A DNA stretch of 64,000 nucleotides from Oscillospiraceae bacterium (GTDB lineage: Bacteria > Bacillota > Clostridia > Lachnospirales > Lachnospiraceae). The notes under the pieces are model-generated. The model saw nothing but the letters and a program-made list of their open reading frames with translations. It was not told the origin of the DNA and searched no databases. Both the position numbers and the translations under genes were made by a program. Of this stretch, positions 35,546-46,544 are shown piece by piece. The stretch's first letter is position 1, and each line of letters begins with the position of its first letter. Location of the stretch: assembly GCA_021771715.1 (NCBI GenBank), contig JAETOO010000013.1, positions 20,553 through 84,552 of the forward strand, read 5' to 3'.

Positions 35546-36841
35546 ATGCAGAAACGTACAAAAAGGAACCTGGCGCTTGTGCTGACCGGTGCGATGGCGA
35601 TGTCCATGATGACCGGCTTTGCCGCATCCGCGGAGGAGAGCTCTGACATCGGTGAGCCGAACGGAGGGGCAGAGGTCACGCTGTGGCACTATTTTGAGCA
35701 CGAGGCGACGGCTCTGAATCAGATGGTAAAGCAGTACAATGAGTCGCAGAGCGATATCTACATCGTGCCGACCTTTGTATCGCGCGATGAGCTGATGAAG
35801 CAGTACACGATCGGCGCAGTGTCCGGCGAGCTGCCGGATATCGGAATGGTGGATTCGCCGGACATGGCATCCTACATTTCCCTGGGCGTGTTTGAGGATA
35901 TCACAGAGTATGTGAAGGACTGGGAGGAGCTCGAGCAGTTCTATCCGGGCCCGATGGCCAGCGTGAAGGATGCGGACGGAAACATCTACGGAATTCCGAA
36001 CAACTCGAACTGCCTGGCGCTGCTGTGCAACATGGACATCCTGAAGGCAGCCGGCGTGGAGAATCCGCCGACAACCTGGGAAGAGCTCAGAGAGGTCTGC
36101 GAGAAGACGACGGATCCGGACAACGGCGTGTACGGTCTGGCGATTAGCGCAATCTCGAACGAGGAGGGCACCTTCCAGTATATCCCGTGGCTGTACGGCG
36201 CGGGCGCTGACGTGACGGACGTCGATTCTGAGGCAGGCGTTACGGCGCTGACGTACCTGAGCGACCTCGTAAAGGACGGCCTGATGAGCAAGGAAGTCGT
36301 AAACTGGGGCCAGGGCGATGCCTACAACGCATTCCTCGCAGGCAAGGCTGCGATCCTGGAGTCCGGCACCTGGCAGATCGCGACGCTGGACGGACAGGAC
36401 GCGGACAAGGTGACCTTCGAGTACCAGTACGTTCCGATGCCGGCGAAGGACGGCAAGCAGGCAACGGTCATCGGCGGTGAGAACTTCGGTGTGTGCGCAG
36501 GCAGCGAGCATGTGGCTGAGTGTGCAGATTTCCTGAAGTCCATGATGTCCGCACAGAACAATGCAGACTGGTGTGAGATCGCAGGAAAGCTTCCGGTCCG
36601 CGGCGATGCAGTTGGACTGAAGGATTTCTGGACGGCGGATGAGCGCTACAAGGTATTCAACGATTCGATGGATTTCGCAGTGGCAAGAGGCCCTCACGAG
36701 TCCTGGCCGACCATCTCCGAGGCAATCTACACGGCGGAGCAGGCAGCGATCCTCGGCGAGAAGGATCCGGCGACGGCGCTTGCGGATGCAGCGGCTGTGA
36801 TTGACCCGATCCTGGCGGAGACACCGATCGCGGCACAGTGA
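35546..36841 (+). CDS. ABC transporter extracellular sugar-binding protein (family 1)
   Basis: Signal/lipobox-like N-terminus 'MQKRTKRNLALVLTGAMAMSMMTGFAAS'. 'VTLWHYF' and 'GKAAILESGTWQ' are typical. RBS aaaggagg. Confidence 0.88.
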   Translation: MQKRTKRNLALVLTGAMAMSMMTGFAASAEESSDIGEPNGGAEVTLWHYFEHEATALNQMVKQYNESQSDIYIVPTFVSRDELMKQYTIGAVSGELPDIGMVDSPDMASYISLGVFEDITEYVKDWEELEQFYPGPMASVKDADGNIYGIPNNSNCLALLCNMDILKAAGVENPPTTWEELREVCEKTTDPDNGVYGLAISAISNEEGTFQYIPWLYGAGADVTDVDSEAGVTALTYLSDLVKDGLMSKEVVNWGQGDAYNAFLAGKAAILESGTWQIATLDGQDADKVTFEYQYVPMPAKDGKQATVIGGENFGVCAGSEHVAECADFLKSMMSAQNNADWCEIAGKLPVRGDAVGLKDFWTADERYKVFNDSMDFAVARGPHESWPTISEAIYTAEQAAILGEKDPATALADAAAVIDPILAETPIAAQ

Positions 36842-37108
36842 GCAATATAGCGCAATACTGGCAATCTGCTATACGGTCCAAGCAGGAGAGCGCCCGGCGC
36901 TTTCCTCTGACGGCACTTACATAGCATAAGGAAGTGTAACCGGGGCTGCCGCATGTTGGTTGCGGCGGCCCCTTACTGTATACAGGGACGGGCCTGTCCC
37001 CCGGAAACGGGAGGAGACGGAGTCGGATCTGTCCGGGAACGGAGAGAGCAGAGGCGCGCCGGACTCTCATGCGGGCGCGGCGCTCTGTCTCGGAAAGGAT
37101 GTGAGATT

Positions 37109-38008
37109 GTGAGAGCAAGATCCACAATAGCGGCAAAAAGAAGGCGGGAGGGCTATACCTTTATTCTTCCGGGATTTGCGTATATGCTGATTATCCTGGG
37201 CTACCCGCTCATCTACAATATTATTCTGAGCTTCAAAAATGTAAACGTAAAGACGTTCGCGTCCGGAACCTCGGTGTTCATCGGTTTTCAGAACTATATC
37301 GAGCTGTTTCAGAACGAGACGTTCCGCCTGGTGCTGAAAAACACGTTTGTATTTACGATTTTCTGTCTGTTATTCCAGTTTACCATCGGCTTTATCTTTG
37401 CCCTGTTCTTCTCCCAGAAGTTTACGCTGGCGGGACCGATCCGCGGCATGGTGCTGGTCGGCTACATGATGCCGATGTCGGTCACGGCGCTGCTGGGAAA
37501 AAATATGTTCGACGTCTCGAGCGGCGTGATCAACGACCTGCTGGCGAAGCTGCACCTGATCAACGCGCCGGTCGAGTGGCTGCTGGGAGGGGGCACGGCG
37601 ATGGCCGCGGTCATCGCCGTGAACTGCTGGGTCGGCATCCCGTTCAACATGCTGCTGCTGACCTCCGGCCTGACCGGCATTTCCCAGGAGCTGTACGAGA
37701 GCGCGAGCGTGGACGGCGCGACCTGGGGCCAGCGGTTCCGCTACATCACGCTTCCGCTGATGAAGCCGGCGATCATGTCGGTGCTGATGCTCGGCTTCAT
37801 CTACACGTTCAAGGCGTTCGACCTGATGTTCATCATGACGAGCGGCGGGCCTCTGAATGCGACCGACGTGCTCGGAACCTACTCTTATACCCTGTCCTTT
37901 AAGCAGTACGAATTTTCCAGGGGCTCCGCGACGGCGATGGTGCTGTTCTGCTGCCTGTTCGTGATCGGATTGTTCTACCTGCGCCTGATTTCGAAGGAGG
38001 AGGATTAG
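37109..38008 (+). CDS. Sugar ABC transporter permease (MalF/UgpA-like)
   Basis: GTG 37109 with RBS ggaaagga. The EAA-loop region 'ESASVDGATWGQRFRYITLPLMKP' and multiple TM segments. Confidence 0.85.
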   Translation: MRARSTIAAKRRREGYTFILPGFAYMLIILGYPLIYNIILSFKNVNVKTFASGTSVFIGFQNYIELFQNETFRLVLKNTFVFTIFCLLFQFTIGFIFALFFSQKFTLAGPIRGMVLVGYMMPMSVTALLGKNMFDVSSGVINDLLAKLHLINAPVEWLLGGGTAMAAVIAVNCWVGIPFNMLLLTSGLTGISQELYESASVDGATWGQRFRYITLPLMKPAIMSVLMLGFIYTFKAFDLMFIMTSGGPLNATDVLGTYSYTLSFKQYEFSRGSATAMVLFCCLFVIGLFYLRLISKEED

Positions 38009-38009
38009 T

Positions 38010-38873
38010 ATGGAAAAGACAGCAGCAAAGGCAACGTTTGCCAGTTCAAAAGAGAAACGCAGAAATTATCTCAACGGCGCGGTGGCGATTTTGATCGCGG
38101 TGCTCTTCCTGTTTCCGATTTACTGGTTGGTGGCAATGTCGTTCAAGTCCGACGCGGAATCGTTCGGAAAGATTGTGACGTACTACCCGCATGAGTTCAC
38201 CGTGAAGCCGTGGATCGACAACTTCTCCGACGCGGAGTTCGTAAAGTCGCTGAAGAACAGCATGATCATCGCGCTGCTCTCCATGACGCTCTCGATGACG
38301 TTCGGCGTGCCGGCGGCGTACGGCATGGGGCGCTACAAGGTGCCGGGCAGCAAGGGCTTTCTGCTGACCTTCCTCGTGACGCAGATGCTCCCGGCCTCCC
38401 TGATGCTGACGCCGATGTACCTGATTTTCAACAAGCTGCATCTGCTGGGCACGTACCTGGGGCCGGCGCTCGCGATCTCCTCGGGGTCGATCCCGTTCAT
38501 CGTCGTGACGCTGCGGCCGTACTTCAAGAGTGTGCCGACGGCGCTGGACGACGCGGCCCGGATCGACGGGTGCGGCGTGTTCCGCTCGTTCTTCAAGATC
38601 ATGATCCCGGCGATCAAGACCGGAATCATCACGGTCGTCGTCATCTCGTTCCTGAACGGCTGGAACGATCTGGCGTACTCCATGACGTTCAACGTGAAGC
38701 CGGAGATGCGCCCGCTGACCGCGAACATCTACAAGTTCCAGAGCAAGTGGGGGACGAAGTGGAACTGTATCATGGCCTACGGCACGATCCTGGTGCTCCC
38801 GGTCATCCTGCTGTTCGTGTTCCTGCAGAAATACATCGTAGGCGGACTGACGGCAGGCGCGGTGAAGGAGTAG
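38010..38873 (+). CDS. Sugar ABC transporter permease (MalG/UgpE-like)
   Basis: 'DDAARIDGCGVFRSFFKIMIPAIK' EAA loop and six hydrophobic segments. Starts 1 nt after the previous stop. Confidence 0.9.
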   Translation: MEKTAAKATFASSKEKRRNYLNGAVAILIAVLFLFPIYWLVAMSFKSDAESFGKIVTYYPHEFTVKPWIDNFSDAEFVKSLKNSMIIALLSMTLSMTFGVPAAYGMGRYKVPGSKGFLLTFLVTQMLPASLMLTPMYLIFNKLHLLGTYLGPALAISSGSIPFIVVTLRPYFKSVPTALDDAARIDGCGVFRSFFKIMIPAIKTGIITVVVISFLNGWNDLAYSMTFNVKPEMRPLTANIYKFQSKWGTKWNCIMAYGTILVLPVILLFVFLQKYIVGGLTAGAVKE

Positions 38874-39047
38874 CGTGTACTTGGTGCAGCATCTGAACGC
38901 TTGATTCTGCGCAGTTAGTCTGAGTATCAACCGGACAGCACACTGGGATGTGAAAGGCAGGAGGATGTCTGCACTTGTACTTTGCTTGAGAGAATAAATA
39001 TGGTATGATTATAAAATATGAATAAGAAAAGCAGGAGGCGAGAGGAT

Positions 39048-41117
39048 ATGCCGGATTTTACGAGGAAGGAAGGGGCTCCGTCGGGGGATTTCCGATCGGA
39101 CAACCAGTTTTTGCTGGGCTTTTTTGAGGAGAAGGACGGGGCGTTGTGCTACCGGTACGACGCGGAGCGCGTGATTGTGGAGCCGTGGGGCGAGAACAGC
39201 CTGCGGGTGCGCGCGTCCAAGATGCCCGAGATGCCGCAGGAACTCTGGGCGCTCGAGGGCGATCCGAAAAAGACGGATGCCAGGGTGACGATCGGAGCGT
39301 ACCAGGCGGAGATCGCAAACGGAAAGATCAGGGCCGTGATCAACAACATCGGCAAGCTCTTTTTCTACAACCAGAAGGGTGAGCTGCTGCTCGAGGAGTA
39401 CGTGCGGAACCGCGAGGACATGTTCGCGGACACGACGAGCTCCCTGGAAGTGGAGGCACGGGAGTTTAAGCCGATCATCGGCGGCGACTATCAGCTGACG
39501 ATGCGGTTTGTGTCGAACCCGGACGAGCGCGTGTACGGCATGGGGCAGTACCAGCAGAAGTTTCTGAATCTCAAGGGCGCCGAGCTCGAGCTGGCGCATC
39601 GCAATTCCCAGGCGAGCGTGCCGTTCGCCCTCTCGTCGCTGGGCTATGGCTTCCTGTGGAACAACCCGGCGATCGGGCGCGTGAGCTTCAACAAGAACAT
39701 CACGACGTGGCAGGTACAGTCGACGAAGAAGCTGGACTACTGGATCACAGCGGGCGATACCCCGGCCGAGATCGAGGAGGCGTACGCGGACGCGACGGGC
39801 AAGGTGCCGATGATGCCGGAGTACGGGATGGGCTTCTGGCAGTGCAAGCTGCGCTATCAGACGCAGGAGGAGCTTTTGGAGGTGGCCAGAGAGTACCGCC
39901 GCCGCAACATTCCGCTCGACGTGATCGTCGTCGACTTCTTCCACTGGCCGAAGCAGGGAGACTGGCGGTTTGACCCGACGTACTGGCCGGACCCGGACGC
40001 GATGATCGCCGAGCTCAAGGAGATGGGGATCGAGCTGATGGTGTCGATCTGGCCGATGGTCGACTACAAGAGCGAGAACTTCGAGGAGATGAAGGCGAAG
40101 GGGCTGCTGACCCGCGTCGAGAAGGGCGTGCGCATCGACAATACGTATATGGGAAATACGATCCAGTACGATCCGACGAACCCGGAGGCGCGCGCGTACG
40201 TCTGGTCGAAGGTGAAACAGAATTACTACGACAAGGGCGTGAAGATCTTCTGGCTCGACGAGGCGGAGCCGGAGTACACGGTCTACGATTTTGAGAACTA
40301 CCGCTATCACCTCGGGCCGAATGTGCAGATCGGAAATGTCTACCCGGTGATGTACGCGAAGACCTTCTTCGACGGGATGCGCGAGGCTGGGCAGGAGAAT
40401 ATCGTGAATTTGCTGCGCTGCGCGTGGGCGGGCAGCCAGAAGTACGGCGCGCTCGTGTGGTCGGGGGATATCCACTCGACGTTTGAGAGCCTGCAGAACC
40501 AGTTCGCGGCAGGGCTGAACATGGCGATCGCGGGCATCCCGTGGTGGACAACCGACATCGGCGGCTTCTTCGGCGCGAATATTTACGACGAAGCGTATCA
40601 CGAGGTCTTCGTGCGCTGGTTTGAGTACGGCGCATTCTGCCCGGTGATGCGTCTGCACGGCTACCGGATGCCGTATCAGCCGCAGTACGGGACGACGGGA
40701 GGGGCGGAGTGCGTCTCCGGCGCGCCCAATGAGATCTGGTCCTACGGGGACGAGGTCTACGAGATCTGCAAGCGGTACATCGCGATCCGCGAGGCGATGC
40801 GCCCGTACACGCGGGAGCGGATGCGGGAGGCGCATGAGAAGGGCACGCCGGTGATGCGGCCGCTGTTCTATGAGTTCCCGGCGGACGCAAAGGCCTGGGA
40901 GAACGAGACGGAGTTCCTGTACGGCCCGGACATCCTGGTGGCTCCGGTGATGGAGCGCGGCGAGCAGACGAAGGAGGTCTATCTGCCGGAGGGCGCCGTC
41001 TGGACAAATGTGTGGACGAAGGAGACGTTCGAGGGCGGTCAGACGGTGACTGTCGCGACGCCGCTCGACCAGATCCCACTCTTTACGCGGGAGGGGTATA
41101 CGCTGAAGGTTGACTGA
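39048..41117 (+). CDS. Glycoside hydrolase family 31 (alpha-xylosidase/alpha-glucosidase type), paralog 1
   Basis: 'GMGQYQQKFLNLKG', 'LAHRNSQASVPF', 'FWQCKLRYQTQEEL', 'IFWLDEAEPE' (nucleophile region) and 'WSGDI...WTTDIGGF' (acid/base region). ATG 39048 with RBS aggagg is preferred over 39018. Confidence 0.85.
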   Translation: MPDFTRKEGAPSGDFRSDNQFLLGFFEEKDGALCYRYDAERVIVEPWGENSLRVRASKMPEMPQELWALEGDPKKTDARVTIGAYQAEIANGKIRAVINNIGKLFFYNQKGELLLEEYVRNREDMFADTTSSLEVEAREFKPIIGGDYQLTMRFVSNPDERVYGMGQYQQKFLNLKGAELELAHRNSQASVPFALSSLGYGFLWNNPAIGRVSFNKNITTWQVQSTKKLDYWITAGDTPAEIEEAYADATGKVPMMPEYGMGFWQCKLRYQTQEELLEVAREYRRRNIPLDVIVVDFFHWPKQGDWRFDPTYWPDPDAMIAELKEMGIELMVSIWPMVDYKSENFEEMKAKGLLTRVEKGVRIDNTYMGNTIQYDPTNPEARAYVWSKVKQNYYDKGVKIFWLDEAEPEYTVYDFENYRYHLGPNVQIGNVYPVMYAKTFFDGMREAGQENIVNLLRCAWAGSQKYGALVWSGDIHSTFESLQNQFAAGLNMAIAGIPWWTTDIGGFFGANIYDEAYHEVFVRWFEYGAFCPVMRLHGYRMPYQPQYGTTGGAECVSGAPNEIWSYGDEVYEICKRYIAIREAMRPYTRERMREAHEKGTPVMRPLFYEFPADAKAWENETEFLYGPDILVAPVMERGEQTKEVYLPEGAVWTNVWTKETFEGGQTVTVATPLDQIPLFTREGYTLKVD

Positions 41118-41294
41118 GCGGATGCAGACAAGCGGCATTGCTTGATAAGATACCTGAGTGAGCGAAGAAAGGAGAACGGAGAGCCGGAAGGGAGGATGGC
41201 CGGCCAAGAGGCTGGCGGCAGGATCCTTCCGGCTATGCTGATATCAGACTGCGAGGCTGGCAGCAGGAGAACGAATCAGACAGGAGGACATGAG

Positions 41295-43295
41295 ATGATC
41301 AGACAGGATGGGAACAAGGTGTACCGGCGGTTCGACAAGGAGCTGCTCTGCATTGAGCCGTGGGGCGAGAACAGCTTCCGCGTGCGCGCGACACAGCGCC
41401 ACGAATTTGTGCCGGAGGATGAGGTGTCGGCGCTGATTGCGCCGAAGGAGTGCGAGGTGCGGGTCTACGAGAACGGCACGGACACCGTGATCGAGAACGG
41501 AAGGCTGCGCTGCGAGATTACGCGGACGGGCAAGCTGCGCTTTCTGAACCAGGACGGCAAGCTGCTGCTCGAGGAGTACGAGCGGATCCGCGGCATGGAG
41601 GAGGAAGGGCGCAAGGAGTTCAACAGCGCGCTCGAGATCGTTCCGCGCACGTTTGAGCCGCACGCGTGCACGGACAACTACCGCCTGACGGTGCGGTTTG
41701 AGCCGGTGGACGGGGAGAAGCTCTACGGGATGGGCCAGTATCAGCAGCCGTACCTGGATGTGAAGGGCTGTACCTTAGAGCTGGCGCACCGCAATTCCCA
41801 GGCGAGCGTGCCGTTTGTGCTCTCGAGCAATGGCTACGGCTTTCTGTGGAACAACCCGGCGATCGGCAGCGTGACCTTCGGCAAGAATGTGACCGAGTGG
41901 ACGGCGCGCTCGACGAAGCAGATGGATTACTGGATCACGGCGGGCGACACCCCGGCGCAGATCGAGGAGGCGTACGCGGACGCGACCGGCAAGGTGCCGA
42001 TGATGCCGGAGTACGGGATGGGCTTCTGGCAGTGCAAGCTGCGCTACCAGACGCAGGAGGAGATTCTCGAGGTGGCGCGCGAGTACCACCGCCGCGGAAT
42101 CCCGGTCGATGTGATCGTGGCAGACTTTTTCCACTGGCCGGCGCAGGGCGACTGGAAGTTCGACAAGGACTACTGGCCGGATCCGGCGGCGATGGTCCGC
42201 GAGCTCAAGGAGATGGGGATCGAGCTGATGGTCTCGATCTGGCCGACGGTGGATGCCCAGAGCGAGAACTACGAGGAGATGGCAGAGCTCGGCTACCTGA
42301 CGCGCTCGGAGCACGGGAAGCGTCTGGGACAGCTCGGCGACGCCTGCATCATTGACGTGACGAACCCGGGCGGCCGCGCTTACGTCTGGGAGAAGATGAA
42401 GAAGAATTACTATGAGAACGGGATCCATATTTTCTGGCTCGACGAGGCGGAGCCGGAGTTCACGGGCTACGAGTATGAGCACTACCGGTATCTGCGCGGC
42501 GCGGATGTCGAGGTCGGAAATATCTATCCGAAGGAGTACGCGCGGATGGCCTATGAGGGCATGGAAGCGGAGGGACAGCAGAATATCGTGAATCTCCTGC
42601 GCTGCGCGTGGGCGGGCAGCCAGAGGTACGGCACGCTCGTGTGGTCGGGCGATATCGACTCCTCGTTCCGCTCGCTGCGCAACCAGCTCGCAGCCGGGCT
42701 GAATATGGGGATCGCGGGCATCCCGTGGTGGACGACCGACATCGGCGGCTTCCACGGCGGCAACATCTATGACCCGAAGTTCCACGAGATTCTGGTCCGG
42801 TGGTTTGAGTTCGGCGCGTTCTGCCCGGTAATGCGCCTGCACGGCTTCCGCGAGCCGTTCAAGGAGCCGATCGGCACGACCGGAGGCGGGCGGACGATCA
42901 GCGGCGCGGCAAATGAGATCTGGAGCTACGGCGACGAGGTCTATGAGATCTGCAAGAAGTACATTTTCCTGCGCGAGAAGCTGCGCCCGTACGTGCGCCG
43001 GCTGATGGCGGAGGCACACGAGAAGGGGACTCCGATCATGCGCCCGCTGTTCTACGATTTCCCGGAGGACGCAAAGGCGTGGGAGATCGAAGACCAGTAC
43101 ATGTTTGGGCCGGAGTACCTGGTGGCGCCGATCCTGTACGCAGATCAGAGAGAGCGCACGCTGTACCTGCCCAAGGGCAGCTGGAAGTATCTCTTCAGCG
43201 GCAAGGTCTATGAGGGCGGACAGATGGTGACCGTGGACGCCCCGATCGACGAGCTGCCGGTATTCGTGCGGGGGAAGTCGGCCGAGCAGTGGTAA
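41295..43295 (+). CDS. Glycoside hydrolase family 31, paralog 2
   Basis: Carries the same motif set as paralog 1 ('GMGQYQQPYLDVKG', 'IFWLDEAEPE', 'WSGDIDS', 'WTTDIGGF'). ATG 41295 with RBS caggagg. Confidence 0.85.
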   Translation: MIRQDGNKVYRRFDKELLCIEPWGENSFRVRATQRHEFVPEDEVSALIAPKECEVRVYENGTDTVIENGRLRCEITRTGKLRFLNQDGKLLLEEYERIRGMEEEGRKEFNSALEIVPRTFEPHACTDNYRLTVRFEPVDGEKLYGMGQYQQPYLDVKGCTLELAHRNSQASVPFVLSSNGYGFLWNNPAIGSVTFGKNVTEWTARSTKQMDYWITAGDTPAQIEEAYADATGKVPMMPEYGMGFWQCKLRYQTQEEILEVAREYHRRGIPVDVIVADFFHWPAQGDWKFDKDYWPDPAAMVRELKEMGIELMVSIWPTVDAQSENYEEMAELGYLTRSEHGKRLGQLGDACIIDVTNPGGRAYVWEKMKKNYYENGIHIFWLDEAEPEFTGYEYEHYRYLRGADVEVGNIYPKEYARMAYEGMEAEGQQNIVNLLRCAWAGSQRYGTLVWSGDIDSSFRSLRNQLAAGLNMGIAGIPWWTTDIGGFHGGNIYDPKFHEILVRWFEFGAFCPVMRLHGFREPFKEPIGTTGGGRTISGAANEIWSYGDEVYEICKKYIFLREKLRPYVRRLMAEAHEKGTPIMRPLFYDFPEDAKAWEIEDQYMFGPEYLVAPILYADQRERTLYLPKGSWKYLFSGKVYEGGQMVTVDAPIDELPVFVRGKSAEQW

Positions 43296-43329
43296 ATTTG
43301 AGTGGACAGGCAGCGGAACGTAGGATCAT

Positions 43330-43490
43330 CAGTCTGCCGCTGCTTGAGCGTGGCATGCCGGAGGGCAGTATCCGGAAAAAGGACACTGCCTGAGCACGGC
43401 ATGCCGGAAGGCGGTATCCGGAAAAGGACACTGCCTGGGCATGGTCATGCCGGAGGGCAGTATTCGGAAAGGGATGTTGCCTGAACACAG
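43330..43490. repeat. ~46-bp tandem repeat, about 3 copies, just after the GH31 stop
   Basis: Units gcatgccggagggcagtatccggaaaaaggacactgcctgagcacg, gcatgccggaaggcggtatccggaaaaggacactgcctgggcatggtc and atgccggagggcagtattcggaaagggatgttgcctgaacac. Each unit contains ggcagt...actgcc. Confidence 0.88.
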
Positions 43491-43531
43491 AGTGCTGTCG
43501 GCACGACGGAAAAGGATGAGGTGAGAAACAG

Positions 43532-44158
43532 ATGAAGGGAATTTTCGGCTTTGAGGGCGGCTTTGTGAACGGCTGCAGCGCGATATTCGACCTGCTGGTG
43601 CTCGGGCTGCTGTGGATTCTGTGCAGCCTGCCGGTCGTCACGATCGGGGCGTCCTCGGCGGCGCTGTACTATGCGGTCGTCAAGAGCGTGAAAAAGCGAA
43701 ACGGCTACGCCGTGCGGGAGTTCTTTCGCTCCTTCCGGTGCAATCTGGCGCCGGGCATCGTCCTGACCGTGATCGTGCTGGCCGTGACCTTCGTGCTGCA
43801 GCTGAACATCGGCATCCTGAACGCGAAGGCGGACGGCTACTTCGGCCTGTTTTTCATCTGCGTCTACGCGGCGGCCTCGGTCTACGTAGCCCTGGCCGCC
43901 TGCTACCTCTTTCCCGCCCTCTCACGCTTTGCCATGAGCCCCGGCTGGCTTTTGAAGCTCGCCCTCTACATGGTCGTGAAATATCTGGGCACCACACTCG
44001 CGCTCGCCCTGATCGTCGTGAGCGCCGGCGCATTCATCTACCGCGTCCCGATGCTCTTCTTCCTCCTCCCCGGCCCGACTGTCTGGCTGATCGCGGAGTT
44101 CATGGAGCGTGTGCTCAAAAAGCACGAACCGGAGCCGGAAGCAGAGTCGGAGGAGTAG
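43532..44158 (+). CDS. YesL-family (DUF624) membrane protein
   Basis: 'LLVLGLLWILCSLPVVTIGASSAALYYAVVK' is the characteristic N-terminal segment. The position after a sugar ABC/GH locus is typical. Confidence 0.72.
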   Translation: MKGIFGFEGGFVNGCSAIFDLLVLGLLWILCSLPVVTIGASSAALYYAVVKSVKKRNGYAVREFFRSFRCNLAPGIVLTVIVLAVTFVLQLNIGILNAKADGYFGLFFICVYAAASVYVALAACYLFPALSRFAMSPGWLLKLALYMVVKYLGTTLALALIVVSAGAFIYRVPMLFFLLPGPTVWLIAEFMERVLKKHEPEPEAESEE

Positions 44159-44424
44159 CCATTGGATTGCGGAGATATCTATAGTAATTGTTATTATAGC
44201 ATTCAGATATCAGAAAGTATCCGGGAAACACCCGTCCTGCATCATATTTAATAGAATCCGCCTCCCACCCCGCCCAAATTTCGGAAAATCTACCGAAATG
44301 GAAAAATGCGCTTGCAATTTCGCGAAAAGTAGAGTATTTTAATACACAGAACAAGGGTGTTCCATAACAAGTTGTGGAATGCCCTTCTTTAGTATCAACC
44401 ATTTTTCAGAAAAGAGGAGAGGTT

Positions 44425-46536
44425 ATGGGAGAATATTTCAATGTGGCCGATATTTTCGGTGAGGATGTATTTTCGGATAAGGTCATGCAGGAGCGCCTTC
44501 CGAAAAAAGTGTACAGAGCGCTGAAAAAGACGATCGAAGAGGGCACAGAGCTGGATCTCGCGACGGCGGACGTGATCGCCGCGGCGATGAAGGACTGGGC
44601 GATCGAGAAGGGCGCGACCCACTACACACACTGGTTCCAGCCGCTGACCGGCGTGACCGCCGAGAAGCACGATTCGTTTATCACTTCCCCCAATCCGGAC
44701 GGCACAGTCCTGATGGAGTTTTCCGGAAAGGAACTGATCAAGGGAGAGCCGGATGCCTCCTCCTTCCCGTCAGGCGGACTGCGGGCGACCTTCGAGGCGC
44801 GCGGCTACACCGCGTGGGACTGCACGTCCCCGGCCTTCGTGCGGCACGATGCCGCGGGCGCGACGCTCTGCATCCCGACAGCGTTCTGCTCCTACACAGG
44901 GGAGGCGCTCGACCAGAAGACGCCGCTGCTGCGCTCGATGGAGGCAGTCAATGTGCAGGCGCTCCGCCTGGTACGGCTGTTCGGAAATACGACCTCGAAG
45001 AAGGTGACCCCCTGCGTGGGGCCGGAGCAGGAGTATTTCCTGGTGGACGAGAAGAAGTTCCTGCAGAGAAAGGACCTGATCTTTACGGGCCGGACCCTGT
45101 TTGGCGCGATGCCGCCCAAGGGTCAGGAGCTCGATGACCATTATTTCGGAACGATCCGCCAGAGGATTGCGTCGTTTATGAAGGATGTCAATAAGGAGCT
45201 CTGGAAGCTTGGCGTGACCGCGAAGACCCAGCACAACGAGGTCGCTCCGGCACAGCACGAGCTGGCGACGATCTACTCCGAGGCGAATGTCGCGGTCGAC
45301 CACAACCAGATCGTGATGCAGACCCTAAAGCGCGTCGCGTGCCAGCACGGTATGAAGTGTCTGCTGCACGAGAAGCCGTTCGCGGGCGTCAACGGCTCAG
45401 GCAAGCACGACAACTGGTCCCTGGCGACGGATGACGGGATCAACCTGCTCGACCCGGGCAAGACACCGCACGAGAATGTACAGTTCCTGCTGGTGCTGGC
45501 CTGCATTCTGAAGGCGGTGGACACCCACGCAGACCTGCTGCGCGAGTCCGCGGCAGATCCGGGCAACGACCACAGACTCGGCGCGAACGAGGCGCCGCCT
45601 GCGATCATCTCGATCTTCTTGGGCGAGCAGCTGCAGGATGTGGTGTCGCAGCTGATCAGCACCGGTATGGCGACCCACTCCATCAAGGGCGGCGTGCTCG
45701 AGACGGGCGTGAAGACGCTGCCGGATCTGGCGAAGGATGCGACAGATCGGAACCGCACCTCGCCGTTCGCGTTTACCGGCAACAAGTTCGAGTTCCGCAT
45801 GGTCGGCTCCCGTGACTCGGTCGCGTCGCCGAACATCGTGCTCAACACGATCGTCGCGGAGGCCTTCTGCGAGGCGTGCGACATCCTGGAGAAGGCGGAG
45901 GACTTTGACGCGGCGGTGCACGATCTGATCAAGCAGTACGTCTGCGAGCACCAGAGAATCATCTTCAACGGAAACGGCTATTCCGACGAGTGGGTGGCCG
46001 AGGCCGAGCGGAGAGGGCTTCCGAACATCAAGTCGATGGTGGATGCGATTCCGGCGCTTGTGACCGACAAGGCGGTCGATCTGTTCGGCAAGTTCGGCGT
46101 GTTCACAAAGGCGGAGCTGGAGTCCCGCGTCGAGGTCAAGTACGAGAACTACGCGAAGGCGATCAACATTGAGGCGCGCACGATGATCGACGTCGCGAGC
46201 AAGCAGATCATCCCGGCGGTGATCCGGTACACGAAGTCGCTCGCGGACACGGTCAATGCGGTGACGGCCGCGGGCGTGGAGGCCTCCGTGCAGGTCGAGC
46301 TGCTCAATGAGACGAGCGCGCTGCTCTCCGACACGAAGGTCGCGCTCGCAAAGCTGATCGACGTGACGGAGCAGGCTGCGGTGAAGGCTGCGGGCGAGGA
46401 GCAGGCGCGGTATTTCTACGACACCGTGACTGTCGCGATGGCCGAGCTCCGCGATCCGGTCGACCGGCTCGAGATGATTGTCGACAAGGAAATGTGGCCG
46501 ATGCCGTCCTACGGCGATCTGCTGTTTGAAGTATAA
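44425..46536 (+). CDS. glnN: Glutamine synthetase type III
   Basis: About 703 aa. '[26 protein letters not shown]', '[14 protein letters not shown]', 'GPEQEYFL', '[12 protein letters not shown]' and '[10 protein letters not shown]' are GSIII motifs. RBS agaggagagg. Confidence 0.9.
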   Translation: MGEYFNVADIFGEDVFSDKVMQERLPKKVYRALKKTIEEGTELDLATADVIAAAMKDWAIEKGATHYTHWFQPLTGVTAEKHDSFITSPNPDGTVLMEFSGKELIKGEPDASSFPSGGLRATFEARGYTAWDCTSPAFVRHDAAGATLCIPTAFCSYTGEALDQKTPLLRSMEAVNVQALRLVRLFGNTTSKKVTPCVGPEQEYFLVDEKKFLQRKDLIFTGRTLFGAMPPKGQELDDHYFGTIRQRIASFMKDVNKELWKLGVTAKTQHNEVAPAQHELATIYSEANVAVDHNQIVMQTLKRVACQHGMKCLLHEKPFAGVNGSGKHDNWSLATDDGINLLDPGKTPHENVQFLLVLACILKAVDTHADLLRESAADPGNDHRLGANEAPPAIISIFLGEQLQDVVSQLISTGMATHSIKGGVLETGVKTLPDLAKDATDRNRTSPFAFTGNKFEFRMVGSRDSVASPNIVLNTIVAEAFCEACDILEKAEDFDAAVHDLIKQYVCEHQRIIFNGNGYSDEWVAEAERRGLPNIKSMVDAIPALVTDKAVDLFGKFGVFTKAELESRVEVKYENYAKAINIEARTMIDVASKQIIPAVIRYTKSLADTVNAVTAAGVEASVQVELLNETSALLSDTKVALAKLIDVTEQAAVKAAGEEQARYFYDTVTVAMAELRDPVDRLEMIVDKEMWPMPSYGDLLFEV

Positions 46537-46544
46537 GGAAGACA

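Noticed and set aside
39009-43019. 732-aa, 354-aa and 414-aa - strand ORFs opposite the GH31 genes
   Set aside because: They are shadow ORFs with low-complexity R/L/P/H-rich translations. The GH31 motifs on the + strand are decisive.
43330-43490. The 46-bp and 37-bp (62160-62321) repeat arrays considered as CRISPR arrays
   Set aside because: The units are directly adjacent with no unique spacers between them, no cas genes are nearby, and unit lengths and organisation fit minisatellites rather than CRISPR.
44340-44400. Imperfect palindrome ttccataac-aa-gttgtggaa upstream of glnN, considered as a GlnR/TnrA box
   Set aside because: It does not fit TGTNA-N7-TNACA as I remember the consensus. 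It may be another regulator's site, but I cannot support a call.
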